32,000 nucleotides of DNA, taken from Nitratidesulfovibrio vulgaris str. Hildenborough. GTDB lineage: Bacteria > Desulfobacterota > Desulfovibrionia > Desulfovibrionales > Desulfovibrionaceae. The stretch is from positions 600,001 to 632,000 of the forward strand of contig NC_002937.3 of assembly GCF_000195755.1 (NCBI RefSeq), read 5' to 3'. Positions 1-9,100 of this stretch are shown here, in pieces. The translations under genes and the position numbers were made by a program. Within the stretch, counting starts at the first letter, position 1; every line of letters begins with the position of its first letter. The notes below the pieces were generated by a model. It worked only from the letters and a program-made list of their open reading frames with translations. It ran no database searches and was not told where the DNA came from.

Positions 1-2
1 CG

Positions 3-332
3 CTATGGCATGTGGCGCTTGTCCAGATGCTTCTGGGAATCGGCCTCGGGCTTTTCGCGTCGCCCAACACCACGTCCATCATGAGCAGTGTCGAACCGCG
101 GCATCTGGGGCTTGCTTCCGGCATGACGGGAACCATGCGCACACTGGGCATGATGGTGAGCATGCTTGCCGTGACCATCAGCTTCTCGCTGTTCATGGGC
201 GGACATCCGGTCAGTGCCGAGACCGTGCCCCCATTCCTGCGCAGCATGAGGGCCGACCTTCTCGTCTTCGGGGGGCTGTGCTTCGCGGGGATTCTGCTTT
301 CGGCATTGCGGGTGCGGGTGGCTGCACGCTGA
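3..332 (+). CDS. MFS-type transporter, C-terminal fragment (the 5' end lies upstream of the window)
   Basis: The frame is open from the window edge. The hydrophobic helices and loop motif (GLFASPNTTSIMSSV...GMMVSML) are typical of the last TM segments of drug/H+ antiporter-type MFS proteins. It ends at TGA 330-332. Confidence 0.6.
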   Translation, partial: LWHVALVQMLLGIGLGLFASPNTTSIMSSVEPRHLGLASGMTGTMRTLGMMVSMLAVTISFSLFMGGHPVSAETVPPFLRSMRADLLVFGGLCFAGILLSALRVRVAAR

Positions 333-429
333 ACACGTCACGGGCCGTGTCGATGCTTGCGCGACGTCACGTGATGGTGCATCAAGTCCCCACATGGATG
401 GCACTGTCCATGGCTATCAGCACGGAGGC

Positions 430-1065
430 ATGATGTTCACATCAACGGGGCCGTTCACTGCGGCACACCCTGTCATTCTGGCGTCGGGGTCTCCCCGGCG
501 TCGCGCTTTTTTCGAACAGATGGGCATTCCCTTCGAAGTGATTCTGCCCGTGGACGCCGAACCCTCGCCCATAGAGGGCGAACAGCCCGAAGTGTACGTG
601 CGGCGCGCGGCAGAGGCCAAGGCCCGCGCTGTCGCCGCAGACCACAAGGGGCGCCTCGTGGTGGCTGCGGATACGGTCGTGGCGCTGGATGACATGATAC
701 TCGGCAAACCCGCTTCAGCGGATGACGCCCTGTCCATGCTGCGACGTCTGGCGGGCAGGACCCATGTCGTCGCCAGCGGATGCTGTGTCGTCTTGCCTGA
801 AGGCGGACGCGAGACCTTCCACTCCATAACCCGCGTGACCATGTGGGATTGCCCGGAAGAGGCCCTCGCTGCCTATGTGGCCACGGGTGAGCCTTCCGAC
901 AAGGCGGGGGCTTATGGCATACAGGGCATAGGGGCTTTCCTGGTGCGCTCCATCGAAGGTTCGTGGACCAATGTCGTGGGGTTGCCCGTGGCCGAACTCA
1001 CCGCCTTGCTGCTGCGCCGGGGCGCCATCCACTGCCAGTTGCCCGTGGAGGCCGTTCATGCCTGA
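430..1065 (+). CDS. maf: Maf-like nucleoside triphosphate pyrophosphatase (septum formation protein Maf family)
   Basis: Contains ILASGSPRRR...DTVV...KAGAYGIQG, which are hallmark Maf motifs. I chose the ATG at 430 because GGAGG lies 5 nt upstream; the track start at 394 has no RBS. Confidence 0.85.
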   Translation: MMFTSTGPFTAAHPVILASGSPRRRAFFEQMGIPFEVILPVDAEPSPIEGEQPEVYVRRAAEAKARAVAADHKGRLVVAADTVVALDDMILGKPASADDALSMLRRLAGRTHVVASGCCVVLPEGGRETFHSITRVTMWDCPEEALAAYVATGEPSDKAGAYGIQGIGAFLVRSIEGSWTNVVGLPVAELTALLLRRGAIHCQLPVEAVHA

Positions 1066-1537
1066 TTCGTCGACACGCGACAGGGTCGCCCTCGCCATCG
1101 CCCGTCTCGGGCCCTCCGGCGTGTGCCCCGTCTGTCCGGGAACCTGCGGTGCTGCCGTGGCCGCGATGCTCGCGCCGTTCGTCTTTCTGCCGCTGTCGTT
1201 GCCCATGCGCTGCGTGGCGCTTGCCGTAGTCTACTTCATAGGGGCATGGGCCGCAGGACGGGCAGAGCATCTCCTCGGGCGTAAGGACCCCGGAGAGGTC
1301 GTCGTCGACGAACTCCTCGGGCAGTGGGTGACCATGCTGCCCTTCGCCTCGCTCACGTGGCCGCAGGTGCTGGCCGCCTTCGCTCTTTTCAGGCTGTTCG
1401 ACATCCTCAAGCCGTGGCCGGTGCGCGCTGCCGAAAGCTGGCTGCCCGGTGGACACGGCGTGATGGTCGATGATGGAGTCGCCGGGCTGGAAGCCATGCT
1501 CGTTCTGGCAGGGCTGCTGCACTTCGGGCTGCTCTAG
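1058..1537 (+). CDS. pgpA: phosphatidylglycerophosphatase A
   Basis: PgpA family motifs are present (GP..CPGTCGA, DE.LGQW, FRLFDI.KPWP, GVM.DD..AG). The ATG at 1058 overlaps the maf stop (ATGCCTGA). The track start at 971 lies inside maf. Confidence 0.85.
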   Translation: MPDSSTRDRVALAIARLGPSGVCPVCPGTCGAAVAAMLAPFVFLPLSLPMRCVALAVVYFIGAWAAGRAEHLLGRKDPGEVVVDELLGQWVTMLPFASLTWPQVLAAFALFRLFDILKPWPVRAAESWLPGGHGVMVDDGVAGLEAMLVLAGLLHFGLL

Positions 1538-1598
1538 TATCGTCGTGCAGCCACGATGCTGCCGCAAGGCGATACCGACTTCAGTCGGCAAAAGAAAA

Positions 1599-1622
1599 GG
1601 CCGGGAGCAATCCCGGCCTTTT
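1599..1622. terminator. bidirectional rho-independent terminator between the convergent genes pgpA and rrf2
   Basis: The stem is ggccggga-gcaa-tcccggcc. It is flanked by aaaagaaaa on the left and tttt on the right. Confidence 0.75.
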
Positions 1623-1637
1623 ACATGCGCATAAGGT

Positions 1638-2090
1638 TCAGTGCGTGGCGTGTGGCGATATGTTGCATGCGTTCTTGGGACACAGGCTCGCATCGCGCAT
1701 GAGGTCCGCCAGCGTGAACGTGTTCAGTTTGCGGTACATGGCCTTGGCGGCCTCGCCCCATATGGTGCGGGTGAGGCATACGGCCATGCGCGGGCAGCAG
1801 GGATTCTCCTCGTCGCATTCGACGGGGGCTTCCATCTCTTCGAGGGCGTAGACCACATCCCCGACAGGGATGTCTTCAGCCTTGTGTGCCAGCTGGTATC
1901 CGCCATGAGCACCTAGCGTGCTCGTGATGTACCCGGCCTTGCGCAACACGCGGATGAGTTTTTCAAGGTACTTCACCGAGATGCCCTGCCGTTGCGCGAT
2001 GTCCTTGATGGAGACGGGCTGTTCGGAACCGTGCATGGCGATGTCGAGCAACATGCGGGTTCCGTAGCGGCTTCGGGTGGTGAGCTTCAT
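1638..2090 (-). CDS. rrf2: Rrf2-family (IscR/NsrR-like) transcriptional regulator, last gene of the hmc operon
   Basis: The N-terminus MKLTTRSRYGTRMLLDIA plus a wHTH (ISVKYLEKLIRVLRKAGY) is typical of the family. A Cys cluster (ECDEENPCCPRMAVC) resembles the Fe-S ligands of the IscR type. The position matches the known hmc operon. Confidence 0.9.
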   Translation of the reverse strand: MKLTTRSRYGTRMLLDIAMHGSEQPVSIKDIAQRQGISVKYLEKLIRVLRKAGYITSTLGAHGGYQLAHKAEDIPVGDVVYALEEMEAPVECDEENPCCPRMAVCLTRTIWGEAAKAMYRKLNTFTLADLMRDASLCPKNACNISPHATH

Positions 2091-2093
2091 GGC

Positions 2094-2510
2094 CTACCTG
2101 TTGTCGGGCGCAGGGGCGCCCGTGGTGTCCGGCGTGTCAGGTGTGCCCTTGGCATAGGTCGCCAGTGCCCTGTCGACCAGTGCCAGTAGCAGGACGGGGT
2201 CGAACGGCTTGTCGACCGTGCCTACGGCGTTGGGCACCATCAGTTCGAGTCCGGCGAAGTCCGTGACCAGCACGACGGGAACGTTCCCGCAGCCGGGTTG
2301 TGTCACCATCCAGCTGTAGAAACGCGGGCCCCAGCGTTGGGGCAATGCAAGGTCGAGGAAGACCACATCGGGACGCGAGGCCTGCACCATCTCCACGGCG
2401 TCGGGGCCTTCCGTGGCGGCATCGGCCTTGTATCCCGCCTGTCTGAACAGCGAGACGAGATACGCCGCGATGTCCGGGTCTTCCTGAACTACCAGTATCC
2501 TTGCGGGCAT
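2094..2510 (-). CDS. rrf1: stand-alone response-regulator receiver protein Rrf1
   Basis: REC domain (ILVVQEDPD...VVFLDLALP...VDKPF) with a Pro/Thr-rich tail and no output domain. The ATG at 2510 (MPARILVV) was chosen; the track's 5' extension is unlikely to be real. Confidence 0.85.
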   Translation of the reverse strand: MPARILVVQEDPDIAAYLVSLFRQAGYKADAATEGPDAVEMVQASRPDVVFLDLALPQRWGPRFYSWMVTQPGCGNVPVVLVTDFAGLELMVPNAVGTVDKPFDPVLLLALVDRALATYAKGTPDTPDTTGAPAPDNR

Positions 2511-2602
2511 GTATGCTCCATGACGGCGGTGCGGGCCGCAGCGCGATAGGCCGCGACCCGCACCGGGGGTGCCGGAGGGGTGACTCCTCCGGCACACACC
2601 GC

Positions 2603-3988
2603 CTATTCTTCTTCGGGTCTCAAGTGCTCGGGTATGATGGCCATCTTGATGATCAGGGGCTTCAGGAAGCTCCAGCGGATGCCGATGCGGTATTCCTCTT
2701 CGAGGTCACGGATGGCGTCCCAGCAGTTGTGGCACGGGGCCACGACCAGCTTCGCACCGGTGGCGAGAATCTGGTCGCGCTTGGTCTGCAGGGCCTTGTT
2801 GCGCTGCTTGCGGAACTTGCCGATGCCGTTGAAGCCGCCACCGCCGCCGCAGCAGTAGTTGTGCTCGCGGTTGGGGGTCATCTCGCGGAAGTCATCGGCG
2901 ATGTAGCTCATGATCTCGCGGGTGCACTTGGCAAGGCCGTGGTTGCGGATGTAGTTGCACGAGTCCTGCAACGTCACGGGTTCCTTGATGCGCTTTTCGG
3001 GGTCGATCTTGATCTTCCCGGTGCGCAGTGCCATGGCCACCCACTCGACGTAGTGCAGCCAGGGTGCGGGGGTCTTGCCGTCTTCGTACCCGGCCCAGTA
3101 GGGGCCTTCGATGGCGGAGGCGCGGTGCGCGTGACCACATTCGGTACCCACGACGCACTTGGGCTTCAGCCTTTCGATGGCGGCGTAGACGCGCTCGACC
3201 TGCATCTTGCATGCGGCCCAGTCGCCCGCGAACATGGCGAGAGAGGTCTGTTCCCAGCCTTCACTCGGCACGGTCCAGTTCTCTCCGGCGATGTGGAAGA
3301 GGATGGCGGCCTCGGCCACGTCTTCGGGGTAGTGCTTGGGTTCGCGGGCGTTGAGCACGTACATGATGTCCGCGTTCTCGACGTCGACGGGAATCTCAAG
3401 CCCGGGCCACTCTTCCTGCTGTTCTTCGGCCATCCATTCGCAGGTCTCGACCCAGTCTTCGGTGGTCACGTCCATCTGGGCGCCGTACACGCGGTGCATG
3501 CCGGAGCCGATCTTCAGTTCCCACGGTACGAAACCCTGCGAGTAGAGCAGACCGCGCAGGTAGCTGAACATGACGCCCATGTCGATGCCATGGGGGCAGT
3601 ACTGACCGCAGCGGTTGCAGCAGGTGCACTGCGACCACGCCACTTCCATGGCGTGGAGCATGAACTGGGTGTCGACCTTGCCCTTGCGGCGGATGATCTC
3701 GCCGAGGGTGGACTGTATCTTGTACGCGGGCACCTGCTTGGGGTCACGGTCGTTGACACGGTACAGGAAGCAGCTGTCGGCGCACATGCCGCAGTGGGCG
3801 CATATCTCGAGCCAGGTCTTGGTGCGGGACTGGCAGGTCTTCTCGATGTTGGCCCACAGGGCCTCCTGATCGACCTCCAGTTCCTCCATTTCCTTGTAGT
3901 ACTGGGCACCGCCCTTGTCGCCGAGAAGAGCCTTGAGGTCTTCCTCGGTGTTCACGGGCTTTCTGTTGCAGAACTTACCTTCAGGCAT
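2603..3988 (-). CDS. hmcF: HmcF, cytoplasmic HdrD/DsrK-like Fe-S protein (two 4Fe-4S motifs plus CCG domains)
   Basis: Contains [11 protein letters not shown] and [12 protein letters not shown] ferredoxin motifs, and CCGGGGG plus APCHNC CCG-type motifs. The RBS GGGAGGA lies upstream of the ATG. Confidence 0.92.
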
Positions 3989-4011
3989 GGTTTCCTCCCT
4001 TCAGCCGCCGG

Positions 4012-4692
4012 TTACCAGGGGAAGGCGGGGCCACGGGTGGCACCACCACGCTTGATGGCGTAGTCCATCCCCAGCTGACCGCGCGACATGAAGAACAGCA
4101 CGATGTGCGAGAGCTTCGTGAACGGGGCCACGATCAGGAACAGCTCACCGGTGATGATGTGGGCGAGCAGCCACGTGTCGTAGTCGCCCACATGCAGGCG
4201 GGCGAGGAAGCCGGTCACGAAGGGAGCGGCCGAGACCGCAAGGATGAACCAGTCGTAGCCGGTGGTGAGGATGCGCACCTCGGTGAGGGCGATGCGCCGC
4301 AGGGCGATCATCACCAGACCGATGATGGCGAGCACCGTCAGCGTGTCGGCCACGCCCATGGGCAGCGCGGGCAGGCTGAAGCCGAAGCGTTCTTCGAGGA
4401 TCACGTTGTGACCGGCGAGGAACAGCGGCACCAGCACCGCACCGATGTGGAACAGGAAGAACGCCACGGTGAAGAAGGGCTGCTGACGCCAGCTGTAGGT
4501 GCCGAAGGGCACCAGCCACTTCAGGGCCGACTGGACGGCCCCCTGAAGGCCGATGGCGAGATGGGGCTTGTAGGCCACGCGGTCGAGACGCCAGTCGAGA
4601 CCGCGGATGTACCAGATGACGCGGGCGAGCAGGCCTCCGAAGAAGACCAGCAGCGACGCCCACAGCATGGGTCCGGTAAGGAATGCGTACAT
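4012..4692 (-). CDS. hmcE: HmcE, integral membrane NarI/HdrE/DsrM-like b-type cytochrome subunit
   Basis: 226 aa with about 5 TM helices carrying conserved His. The RBS AAGGAG lies upstream. The position in the operon fits. Confidence 0.9.
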   Translation of the reverse strand: MYAFLTGPMLWASLLVFFGGLLARVIWYIRGLDWRLDRVAYKPHLAIGLQGAVQSALKWLVPFGTYSWRQQPFFTVAFFLFHIGAVLVPLFLAGHNVILEERFGFSLPALPMGVADTLTVLAIIGLVMIALRRIALTEVRILTTGYDWFILAVSAAPFVTGFLARLHVGDYDTWLLAHIITGELFLIVAPFTKLSHIVLFFMSRGQLGMDYAIKRGGATRGPAFPW

Positions 4693-4713
4693 GGTGTTGC
4701 TCCTTCGGTCCGG

Positions 4714-4857
4714 CTAGTATTTGCGGATCTTCTCGTCACGCCCGGTGAGGAAGAGCCAGTAACCCACGTACACCAAGAGCGTCACACCCATCAGGATGTA
4801 CGTCCAGTTCTTGGTGTGGAGCATGAACTCGTGCAGGGTGTAGATTGCCTGATCCAT
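4714..4857 (-). CDS. hmcD: HmcD, 47-aa single-TM membrane subunit (absent from the ORF track because it is shorter than 60 aa)
   Basis: Hand translation gives MDQAIYTLHEFMLHTKNWTYILMGVTLLVYVGYWLFLTGRDEKIRKY*. AAGGAG lies 6 nt upstream. It fills the hmcC-hmcE gap exactly. The overlapping 361-aa track ORF 4736..5821 is spurious. Confidence 0.8.
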   Translation of the reverse strand: MDQAIYTLHEFMLHTKNWTYILMGVTLLVYVGYWLFLTGRDEKIRKY

Positions 4858-4872
4858 TGCGTGCTCCTTGCC

Positions 4873-6039
4873 CTAGTGGGCGTCCTTGTAGTCCGGGTGC
4901 TCGTAGAGGACCGGCATCCGGGACGCGATGAAGCGGTACACGGTGATGATCGAGGTCACGATGAACACCGATATGCCGATCTCCATCCAGTGCGGGAAGT
5001 ACCGCTGGTCGGCCGGAAGCTGCCAGTTGAAGGCGACGAGGCAGACGTTGAAGCGGTTCATCACGATGCCGAGCACGCCCAGCACGGAGGCGAAGCGGAT
5101 GACGCCGATGCGCTTCTCGCGCACGCCGAGGGCGTACAGGAACGAGGGCAGCGCCACGAAGCCGAGCATCTCCACCAGCCACCACGCACCGTAACCGGTG
5201 GCGAGGTAGTGCCAGTCGTTGTCCATGGTCACGTCGATGACCTTGATCATGAAGTAGCCGGCCAGCACGAACGAAGCGGCCTTGCCGAAGCCGAAGACGA
5301 CGCCGTCGGCTTCCTTCAGGTGCGTCTCGTCCATCATGTGGTGCATGCCCTTGTGGGCGAGGGAGCCTTCGAAGATGACCATCGAGAGGCCCGCCACCAT
5401 GGACGAGATGAAGAAGAACACCGGCAGGAACGACGAGTACCACAGCGGGTGCAGCTTCGACGGGGCGATGAGGAACAGTGCGCCCAGCGACGACTGGTGC
5501 AGGGTCGAGAGCACCACGCCGAAGATGGTCAGCACCAGCGTGAGCTTCACCACCACGTTGCGGATCTTGCGAAGGCCGAGCCACTCGAGGGCGGCAGGCG
5601 ACCATTCGACGAACAGCACCGTGAGGTAGGTGGCAACGCACAGACCCACTTCGAAGAGCAGCGAGGTCGTGCCCTGCGAGTAGACCAGCGGGTAGGGCAG
5701 GCGCAGCGGATGACCGAGGTCGTAGTTCAGTGCCACGACCACGAAGAAGTAGCCGAGGAACGCCGTGGTGATGGCGGGGCGCACTGCGGAGTGGTAGCGC
5801 TTCATGCCGAACAGGTAGCACGAGGCCGAGGTGACATAGCCACCGGCGGCGAGCGCCACACCGCAGAGCAGGTCGAAGCCGATCCAGATGCCCCAGGGGT
5901 TGTTGTCGTCAAGGTTCGAGACGGCGCCGATGCCCTTCGTGAAGCGAAGAACGGTCAGCACCAGACCCATGACGAGGATGATGCCGGTGATGATGTTGCC
6001 CGGCGTCATGAGCGACTTGTTGGTGTTGGCGTGCTGCAT
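4873..6039 (-). CDS. hmcC: HmcC, NrfD/PsrC-family polytopic membrane quinone-interacting subunit
   Basis: 388 aa with about 10 TM helices. The ATG directly abuts the hmcB stop (TAGATG). Confidence 0.9.
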   Translation of the reverse strand: MQHANTNKSLMTPGNIITGIILVMGLVLTVLRFTKGIGAVSNLDDNNPWGIWIGFDLLCGVALAAGGYVTSASCYLFGMKRYHSAVRPAITTAFLGYFFVVVALNYDLGHPLRLPYPLVYSQGTTSLLFEVGLCVATYLTVLFVEWSPAALEWLGLRKIRNVVVKLTLVLTIFGVVLSTLHQSSLGALFLIAPSKLHPLWYSSFLPVFFFISSMVAGLSMVIFEGSLAHKGMHHMMDETHLKEADGVVFGFGKAASFVLAGYFMIKVIDVTMDNDWHYLATGYGAWWLVEMLGFVALPSFLYALGVREKRIGVIRFASVLGVLGIVMNRFNVCLVAFNWQLPADQRYFPHWMEIGISVFIVTSIITVYRFIASRMPVLYEHPDYKDAH

Positions 6040-7152
6040 CTACGCATCCTCCCCGGGCTTGCCGGCGTCGTCGCCTTCGGGGGCTTCGGGCTGCTCTTTC
6101 GCTGCCAGTTCCTCCTCGAAGGTCTTGCGCGCTTCGTCGACGGCCTTCTTCACCTCGCGGGTGACGGCGGCCTCCTTGTCCTTGTCGGCCTTGGCAAGGG
6201 CAGCCTTGAGCTTGTCGTCGGCTTCGGCGCGGCTTGCAGCAACGGCCTGCTTCACGGCTTCGGCCTGCTCTTCGGCGGCGATCTTTTCCTTGCGCTTGGT
6301 GATGGCATAGGCACCCGTCAGAAGGATGGGCCAGATGCCAACGACCATGGGCACGGCACCCAGTGCGCCTGCGGTGTATTCAGGGGCCGACTTGGTGCCG
6401 AGTTCCTCGTTCATGCCGGTCGCGGAGAAGGGCACGCCCGAGAGGTACATCCACGCGGTGCCGCCCATTTCCTGTTCGCCGTACACGTGGTCGATGTAAC
6501 GACCGGGGTTCTGGCGGATGCGGTCATGGGCGATGCGCACGAGGTCCTTGCGGCGACCGAAGGTGAGGGCCTCCTTCGGGCATATCTCGACGCAGCCGGG
6601 GAGCTTGCCCTCGGCCAGACGCGGGTGGCACATGGTGCACTTCTGGATGAGCGGGTCGAAGGCTTCGGCGTACTGGAAGGCCGGCACGTTGAACGGGCAG
6701 GCGACCATGCAGTAGCGACAGCCGACGCAGAGGCTGCCGTCATAGGTGACGGAGCCGTCGGGGTTCTTGGTGAAGGCCTTGACGAAACACGCCGAGGCGC
6801 AGGCCGGTTCGAGACAGTGGTTGCACTGCTGCTTGCGGAAGACCGGATGGTCGAGCCCGGCAGCGTTGTACCTGTTGACCACGGTCCACGAGTCGGCGTC
6901 GGTGCGACGCGTCTTTTCGAGAACCGTCAGGTCGTCGAACTTGGCCTTGGGGGCGGGGAGCTTGTTCACTTCGTTGCAGGCCTGCTCGCACTTGCGGCAA
7001 CCGATGCAACGGGTGGTGTCGTGCAGCACCCCGTAGCTGTCCTTGTATCCCGGGAAGGTGCCCGTGGACGCGGCCTTGGCCGTGCCCGCCGTGGCCACTG
7101 TGGCGGTAAGGCCGGCGCTTCCCAGCAGGGTCAGGAATCTTCTGCGATCCAT
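6040..7152 (-). CDS. hmcB: HmcB, Tat-exported 4x[4Fe-4S] ferredoxin-like subunit with a C-terminal TM anchor and a charged tail
   Basis: Has a twin-arginine signal ([14 protein letters not shown]). There are multiple CxxCxxCxxxCP-type motifs ([36 protein letters not shown]...C). It also has a TM helix and an Ala/Glu/Lys-rich tail. Confidence 0.92.
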   Translation of the reverse strand: MDRRRFLTLLGSAGLTATVATAGTAKAASTGTFPGYKDSYGVLHDTTRCIGCRKCEQACNEVNKLPAPKAKFDDLTVLEKTRRTDADSWTVVNRYNAAGLDHPVFRKQQCNHCLEPACASACFVKAFTKNPDGSVTYDGSLCVGCRYCMVACPFNVPAFQYAEAFDPLIQKCTMCHPRLAEGKLPGCVEICPKEALTFGRRKDLVRIAHDRIRQNPGRYIDHVYGEQEMGGTAWMYLSGVPFSATGMNEELGTKSAPEYTAGALGAVPMVVGIWPILLTGAYAITKRKEKIAAEEQAEAVKQAVAASRAEADDKLKAALAKADKDKEAAVTREVKKAVDEARKTFEEELAAKEQPEAPEGDDAGKPGEDA

Positions 7153-7170
7153 GTCGTACTCCTCACCGTC

Positions 7171-8808
7171 CTATTTCGCGCGTTCCTTGTGGCAATCGAC
7201 GCAGGCGGTGTTCGCCGGCTTTTCGATCTTCATCCGGTCGTGGCAGCCCATGCACTGCTGGTGGTAGGCGGCCTTGAGACCGGGACGGTCGCCCCTGTCG
7301 GCGTCGAAGGGCTTGCCGTGGCAGCTCGCGCATTTGGGCGGGGTGAGGCTGGCGGGGCTGTTGTGGTGGCAGCCCTGGCACAGCGTGCCCTTCTCGATGT
7401 GGAAGGTGGCGGCCAGCTTGTCTTCACCGATACCGGCGATGAGCGTCTTCACGATCTTGCGGTGCGGGAACTCGCTGGGCTGGTATTCCTTGGCGATGGA
7501 GCCGATGACGACCTTTTCGGGGATGTCATTGAGGTCGAAGGTGCCCTTGGGCTGCGGACGGGCCGACAGCATGGAGGCGGCAACCTGCGAACGCTGCTCT
7601 GCCTTGAGGTTCAGCAATGCGCCCGCTTCGACCTGCTTGGCGTCGAAGCCGGGGGCGGCCACGTGGCACACGCCGCACTGGGCATCGCTCTTCGTGGGCT
7701 TGATGAAGCCGTGGCAACCGGCACAGGTGGGCTGCTGGACGCGGGTGTTGTGACAACCCACGCAGCTGCGCATGGAGTCGGGCTGGTGCATGGCCTTTTC
7801 AAGCTGGACGAACTTGCTGTCTGCGGTACCGTTCACGGTATGGCAGGCGGTGCAGGTGTCGATGCGCACATGGTGGCAGGTGCGGCAGTCGTTGGCCTTG
7901 GCTTCGTGGGCCTTGTGGTCGAAGGCGACCGGCTTCATGGTGCCCTTCATCTCGCGCGGGGCATCCTTGCCGGGTACGGGCAGGATGAGGGCGGCGTCGG
8001 GCTGACCGCGGTCGAGGCGGGGCACTTCGCGTACCACCTTGAACTTGGCCTGCGCCTCGGGGGCGTGGCAGCCGGCGCAGTTGACCGGGCCGGTCTCGGC
8101 CTTGGTCTTGGCGACGTCCATGTGGCAGCTGATGCACGCGGTGTGGGCGGCGGTGTCGAGCGCGGGACGCTTGTCCACGGGCTTCTCGCCGTGACAGGCG
8201 CGGCACGAGTCTTCCTTGTTCTTACCCCATACGAGCTTCTTGGAAGCTTCGTCATAGACGTGGTGGCAAGCGCCGCAGTTCTTCTGCGGGTCGCCCACGG
8301 GCTTGATGGCCTTGGACGCCACGTGACGGTAGTGCAGCGACTTGTCGAAGCCTATCTCCTTCCACGACGAGGCGGCAGAGGGCTTCGGGTTGTGGCACGA
8401 GCGGCATTCGCCGTCCTGCGGGCCGGTCTTCTTACCGGCCTTGGCGAGGTCGGTATGACAGCCGATACAGTTGGCGTGGTAGATTTCCTTGAGTTCAGCG
8501 GCGCTGTTGTCGTCAAGCCGCATGAACTTCAGCGACATCTTGCCGTCCTTGCTCTTGTGACAGGCGGCGCAGTCCTTGCCCATGCCCGTCACGGCGGTGG
8601 TGTGCTGGTCGTGGCGGAACGCCACCTTGGGAAGATCAAGCTTCCCGAAGCGTTCCATGGCCCCGATCTCGATCAGGTCGGCGCGTTTTTCGCCCGGCCC
8701 TTCGGGGAGGGCCTTGGTCGTCCCCTGTGACCAGAAACCGCCGACGCCGATGATGGCGGTGGCAGCCAACACTCCCGCCCATCGCAGCAGTGTCCTTCCG
8801 TTCCTCAT
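7171..8808 (-). CDS. hmcA: HmcA, high-molecular-weight 16-heme cytochrome c
   Basis: I counted 16 CXXCH motifs in the translation. A signal peptide follows MRNGRTLLRWAGVLAATAII. I prefer the ATG at 8808 (545 aa, AAAGGA RBS) over the track start at 8853. Confidence 0.95.
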   Translation of the reverse strand: MRNGRTLLRWAGVLAATAIIGVGGFWSQGTTKALPEGPGEKRADLIEIGAMERFGKLDLPKVAFRHDQHTTAVTGMGKDCAACHKSKDGKMSLKFMRLDDNSAAELKEIYHANCIGCHTDLAKAGKKTGPQDGECRSCHNPKPSAASSWKEIGFDKSLHYRHVASKAIKPVGDPQKNCGACHHVYDEASKKLVWGKNKEDSCRACHGEKPVDKRPALDTAAHTACISCHMDVAKTKAETGPVNCAGCHAPEAQAKFKVVREVPRLDRGQPDAALILPVPGKDAPREMKGTMKPVAFDHKAHEAKANDCRTCHHVRIDTCTACHTVNGTADSKFVQLEKAMHQPDSMRSCVGCHNTRVQQPTCAGCHGFIKPTKSDAQCGVCHVAAPGFDAKQVEAGALLNLKAEQRSQVAASMLSARPQPKGTFDLNDIPEKVVIGSIAKEYQPSEFPHRKIVKTLIAGIGEDKLAATFHIEKGTLCQGCHHNSPASLTPPKCASCHGKPFDADRGDRPGLKAAYHQQCMGCHDRMKIEKPANTACVDCHKERAK

Positions 8809-9100
8809 AGTGGCAGTCCTTTGGAAGAATGGGTGATACACATCCTCAGACATCCCCAGCCGGACGTCGCCCCCGTTTCCCCGCGGGGAGCGGCGTCGCC
8901 AGACGGACGTGCCACGGTGGTTTCCCGGTCGCCCCCTCCTGAGGGGAACCTGATTCCTTCGTGGCTGTCCTCGTGATACGACAGGCGGGCGGGCGGTGGT
9001 GTGGGGAGCATCGCATACCCTACCTGTATAGTATGGAATAAATCCTACTGCGGGGGTATGCTATTGTGTCAAGAGCGTCAAGTGAAAAAACACGCGCAGA

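Noticed and set aside
2501-4063. A 520-aa plus-strand ORF
   Set aside because: It is antisense to hmcF (HdrD-like, with clear CCG and 4Fe-4S motifs). It has the same low-complexity antisense signature.
4105-8730. A 1541-aa plus-strand ORF, the longest in the track
   Set aside because: It is antisense to hmcE-hmcA, whose products have unmistakable motifs (16 CXXCH, Fe-S clusters). Its translation is low-complexity Gly/Ala/Val/Asp/His-rich sequence typical of stop-poor antisense frames in high-GC DNA.
8898-8914. A TGGCAC on the minus strand upstream of hmcA (TGGCACGTCCGTCTGGC), considered as a sigma-54 promoter
   Set aside because: The GC dinucleotide is 12 nt rather than 10 nt from the GG, and no TTGC -12 box is present. 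It does not fit the -24/-12 geometry.
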